Part shown: one piece after another, positions 63,550-64,000 of the stretch
How positions within the stretch are numbered: position 1 is the first letter of the stretch
Layout: every line of letters begins with the position of its first letter
From: Octopus sinensis
Lineage: Eukaryota
Direction: 5' to 3'
Assembly (NCBI RefSeq): GCF_006345805.1
Contig: NC_043026.1
Coordinates: 7,998,001-8,062,000 of the forward strand
DNA length: 64,000 nucleotides
Translations under genes and position numbers: made by a program
The notes under the pieces: model-generated
Told to the model about the DNA's origin: nothing
The model's database searches: none
Seen by the model: only the letters and a program-made list of their open reading frames with translations

Positions 63550-64000
63550 ATAAGATTAAAGACAAAACATTAAAGACATATGGTCAAAGGCATAAGACTA
63601 AAGGCATATGACTAAAGGCATATGACTAAAGGCATAAGATTAAAGGCATAAGATTAAAGACATAAGACTAAAGACATAAGATTAAAGACATAAGATTAAA
63701 GACATAAGATTAAAGACATAAGATTAAAGATATAAGATTAAAGACAGAAAATCAAAGACAAAAACATCAACATCAGAAGATTGAAGACAAGATTAAAGTC
63801 AGATGATTAAGAACAGAAGATTAGATACAGGAAATTAAACACAGAAACAGAACACAAGTCTGAATTCAGAAGACAGAAGATTAAAGATAGAAGACAGAAA
63901 TGAGAAGATTCAAGACAAAGATTAGAAGTTTAAAAGCAGAAGATTAAAGACTAAGAAGGCAGAAGTTGACACAAGACTGATGAAGGAAGAAGACGAAAGA
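63550..64000. repeat. 14-bp minisatellite (AAGACATAAGATTA variants) decaying into a 7-mer-periodic tract
   Basis: Clear units at ~63588-63745; intronic to PPIP5K. Confidence 0.85.

Overview
AT-rich, microsatellite- and transposon-dense animal genomic DNA. The SINE families and repeat landscape look like an Octopus (coleoid cephalopod) genome; this is inferred from recalled repeat families, not from a search. There is no prokaryotic content and no CRISPR array. Host coding content: (1) a minus-strand 5.15-kb single exon (24830->19682) that becomes one ~1716-aa ORF if two 1-nt deletions are repaired, built of about six tandem NHL/WD-like beta-propeller modules; (2) one clean internal exon of PPIP5K/Vip1 (63271-63456, minus), with no further PPIP5K exon recognisable downstream in the window. 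Main mobile-element observations: a 5'-truncated Penelope-like element (RT + GIY-YIG, 15421-~19396) with two long Asn-rich linkers and a complete type I hammerhead ribozyme with palindromic stem III at 19278-19365; a 224-bp palindrome at 56.3 kb carrying the 3' half of a second hammerhead type; a head-to-tail non-autonomous Helitron dimer (30.7-32.8 kb) carrying a piece of a piggyBac deletion derivative, a family represented by an intact copy at 49.2-50.3 kb; 5'-inverted LINEs; three young CR1-like copies; mariner, maT, Tigger, hAT and Chapaev-like fossils; several SINE families. There is a 100-N gap at 51024-51123, and some stretches look like unpolished long-read consensus, so frameshifts should be treated with caution.
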